Shown: positions 62,732 to 64,000 of the stretch, one piece after another
How the letters are laid out: each line of letters starts with the position of its first letter
Position numbering within the stretch: position 1 is the first letter of the stretch
From: Zygnema circumcarinatum SAG 698-1b
Lineage: Eukaryota > Plantae > Zygnematophyceae
Direction of reading: 5' to 3'
NCBI GenBank assembly: GCA_037447605.1
Contig: CM074822.1
Coordinates: 457,492-521,491, forward strand
Length of the DNA stretch: 64,000 nt
Notes under the pieces: generated by a model
Database searches by the model: none
Told to the model about the DNA's origin: nothing
Seen by the model: the letters and a program-made list of their open reading frames with translations, nothing else
Position numbers and translations under genes: made by a program

Positions 62732-63992
62732 ATGGCGGCAGCGATGATGGCCCGGAATAGGGTTAGGGTTTTGGTACCCCTTCTGGTGATTTTAGGGCTA
62801 CTGCCGCTGCAGAGCGCGCAGGAGACGCAGCTTGGAAAGCAGAGGGGCTTCTGTCAGCGCTACTATGGAGGGAGCACTGCCTGCAGAACGCCTCCCACTG
62901 TAGATACTGTGGATCTTTCAGCCTATCTGGTGAGATTAATCTCTTATTTCTATGTATGCTTCTTTTAATAGAGGTGACGCTCTCTGTTCTCGTATCTTAC
63001 TCGCTCCCGGCCATTTTCTCACTCTCCCTCCCTCGGTCTCTGTCGGTCTCTCTCTCCTCACTCTCCCTCGGTCTCTCTCGGTCTCTCTCGGTCTCTCTTT
63101 TGCTCTCTCTCCCTCGGTAACTCTCGGTCTCTCTCTCGCTCTCTCTCTCTCGGTCGCTCTCGGTCTCTCCCTCTCTCTCTCTCTCTCCGTTTCTCTCGCT
63201 TCTTTATTTCTCGCTCCGTCTGATTGCTCTGTGTGTGAAAAGAGCTGACTTTGGACCTTTCTTCTTTTGTAAAAACAGTCAAGCATCTTCCAATGGCGAC
63301 TCGCCACCTCAGCAATTTGGCGCACGTAGCGAATCACCATTGGAAGATGCTTGAATGTAGTCTGCATCGGAAGGCAGCTCATATTGTCTTTGTGATTATT
63401 GGAAAGGCGAGAAACTTATTTCAGACGAAGCGTGACTGAAAAAATGTGAAAAGAAGCTTATACTCTGTTCTTCCGAAAACCTTAAAATTACTTCATACCT
63501 CACCAGCTTGCTCTCCACCTTCAGTTTCAGTTTCAATTTCAATTTCCCTCAGCCCCTTTTTTTTTTTTGCTGCAATGTTGTACTTGCTTTAACTTTCCAC
63601 TTGGAGTGATTAGCACGCACTCGCTTAATCAAACTACCTGGTCCCTTCATTTCCTCTCTCTCTCTCGTTCTCTCTCAAACTCTCTTCTTCTTCCCCTCTC
63701 TCTCCTGTCCCGCTTCCCTCCCTCTCCCTCTCCCTCTCCCTCCCCCTCTGACCGGATACAGCTATTTTCATCTATTTTTTTCTTCTCACGCTCTTTTCAG
63801 TCGTTCATCCTCGTGTTCTCCTTTTTAGGGTTCTCCTCACTCCTTGTCTTGATGCGTGTACTTGGCGCAGGGTACTTGGTACGAGATCGGATCAACGGCT
63901 GACTTTAAGTTTGTTCAAGAGAATGGTTTGATCTGTATCACGGCGAATTATTCCATTATTGGCTATTCCACTGACGGTCTACCGAAAATCAG
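62732..63992 (+). CDS. Secreted lipocalin (ApoD/Blc-like), first two exons (62732-62929, 63871-63992); continues beyond the window
   Basis: Hydrophobic signal LVPLLVILGLLPLQSA, then ACRTPPTVDTVDLSAYL|GTWYEIG (lipocalin SCR1 GxW) and ICITANYSI. Confidence 0.85.
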
Positions 63993-64000
63993 GTGCGCTT

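Overview
Eukaryotic nuclear DNA from a draft assembly (six 10-N gaps, all in C-rich low-complexity tracts). The gene set and plant-type TTT(T)AGGG repeats point to a streptophyte, probably a charophyte-grade green alga (inference). I reconstructed 11 intron-containing genes by hand: the 3' end of RUS3, a LURP-one-like gene, Y3IP1, a heme-oxygenase-like protein lacking the heme-ligand His, an S28 serine peptidase, a frameshifted CPAF/fungal-type S41 peptidase, two paralogous DHQ dehydratase/shikimate dehydrogenases (aroDE), a degenerate pyrophosphatase-fold protein, a variant WRKY factor, and the 5' part of an ApoD-like lipocalin. Mobile DNA comprises a decayed CRE-type non-LTR retrotransposon and three TIR-bounded non-autonomous elements. 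Most long ORFs in the supplied track are microsatellite artefacts. Most notable: (i) both aroDE paralogs carry an acidic D-x-D cofactor motif instead of NRT, and one has lost the DHQase APGQ loop; (ii) one aroDE intron is a tandem duplication of a whole intron whose junction recreates AG|GT (candidate recursive splice site), and the preceding intron carries an array of duplicated donor junctions; (iii) an 8-bp footprint-like duplication frameshifts the S41 gene; (iv) the S28 signal-peptide sequence has a dispersed copy among MITEs. All protein identifications come from remembered family motifs, not database searches.
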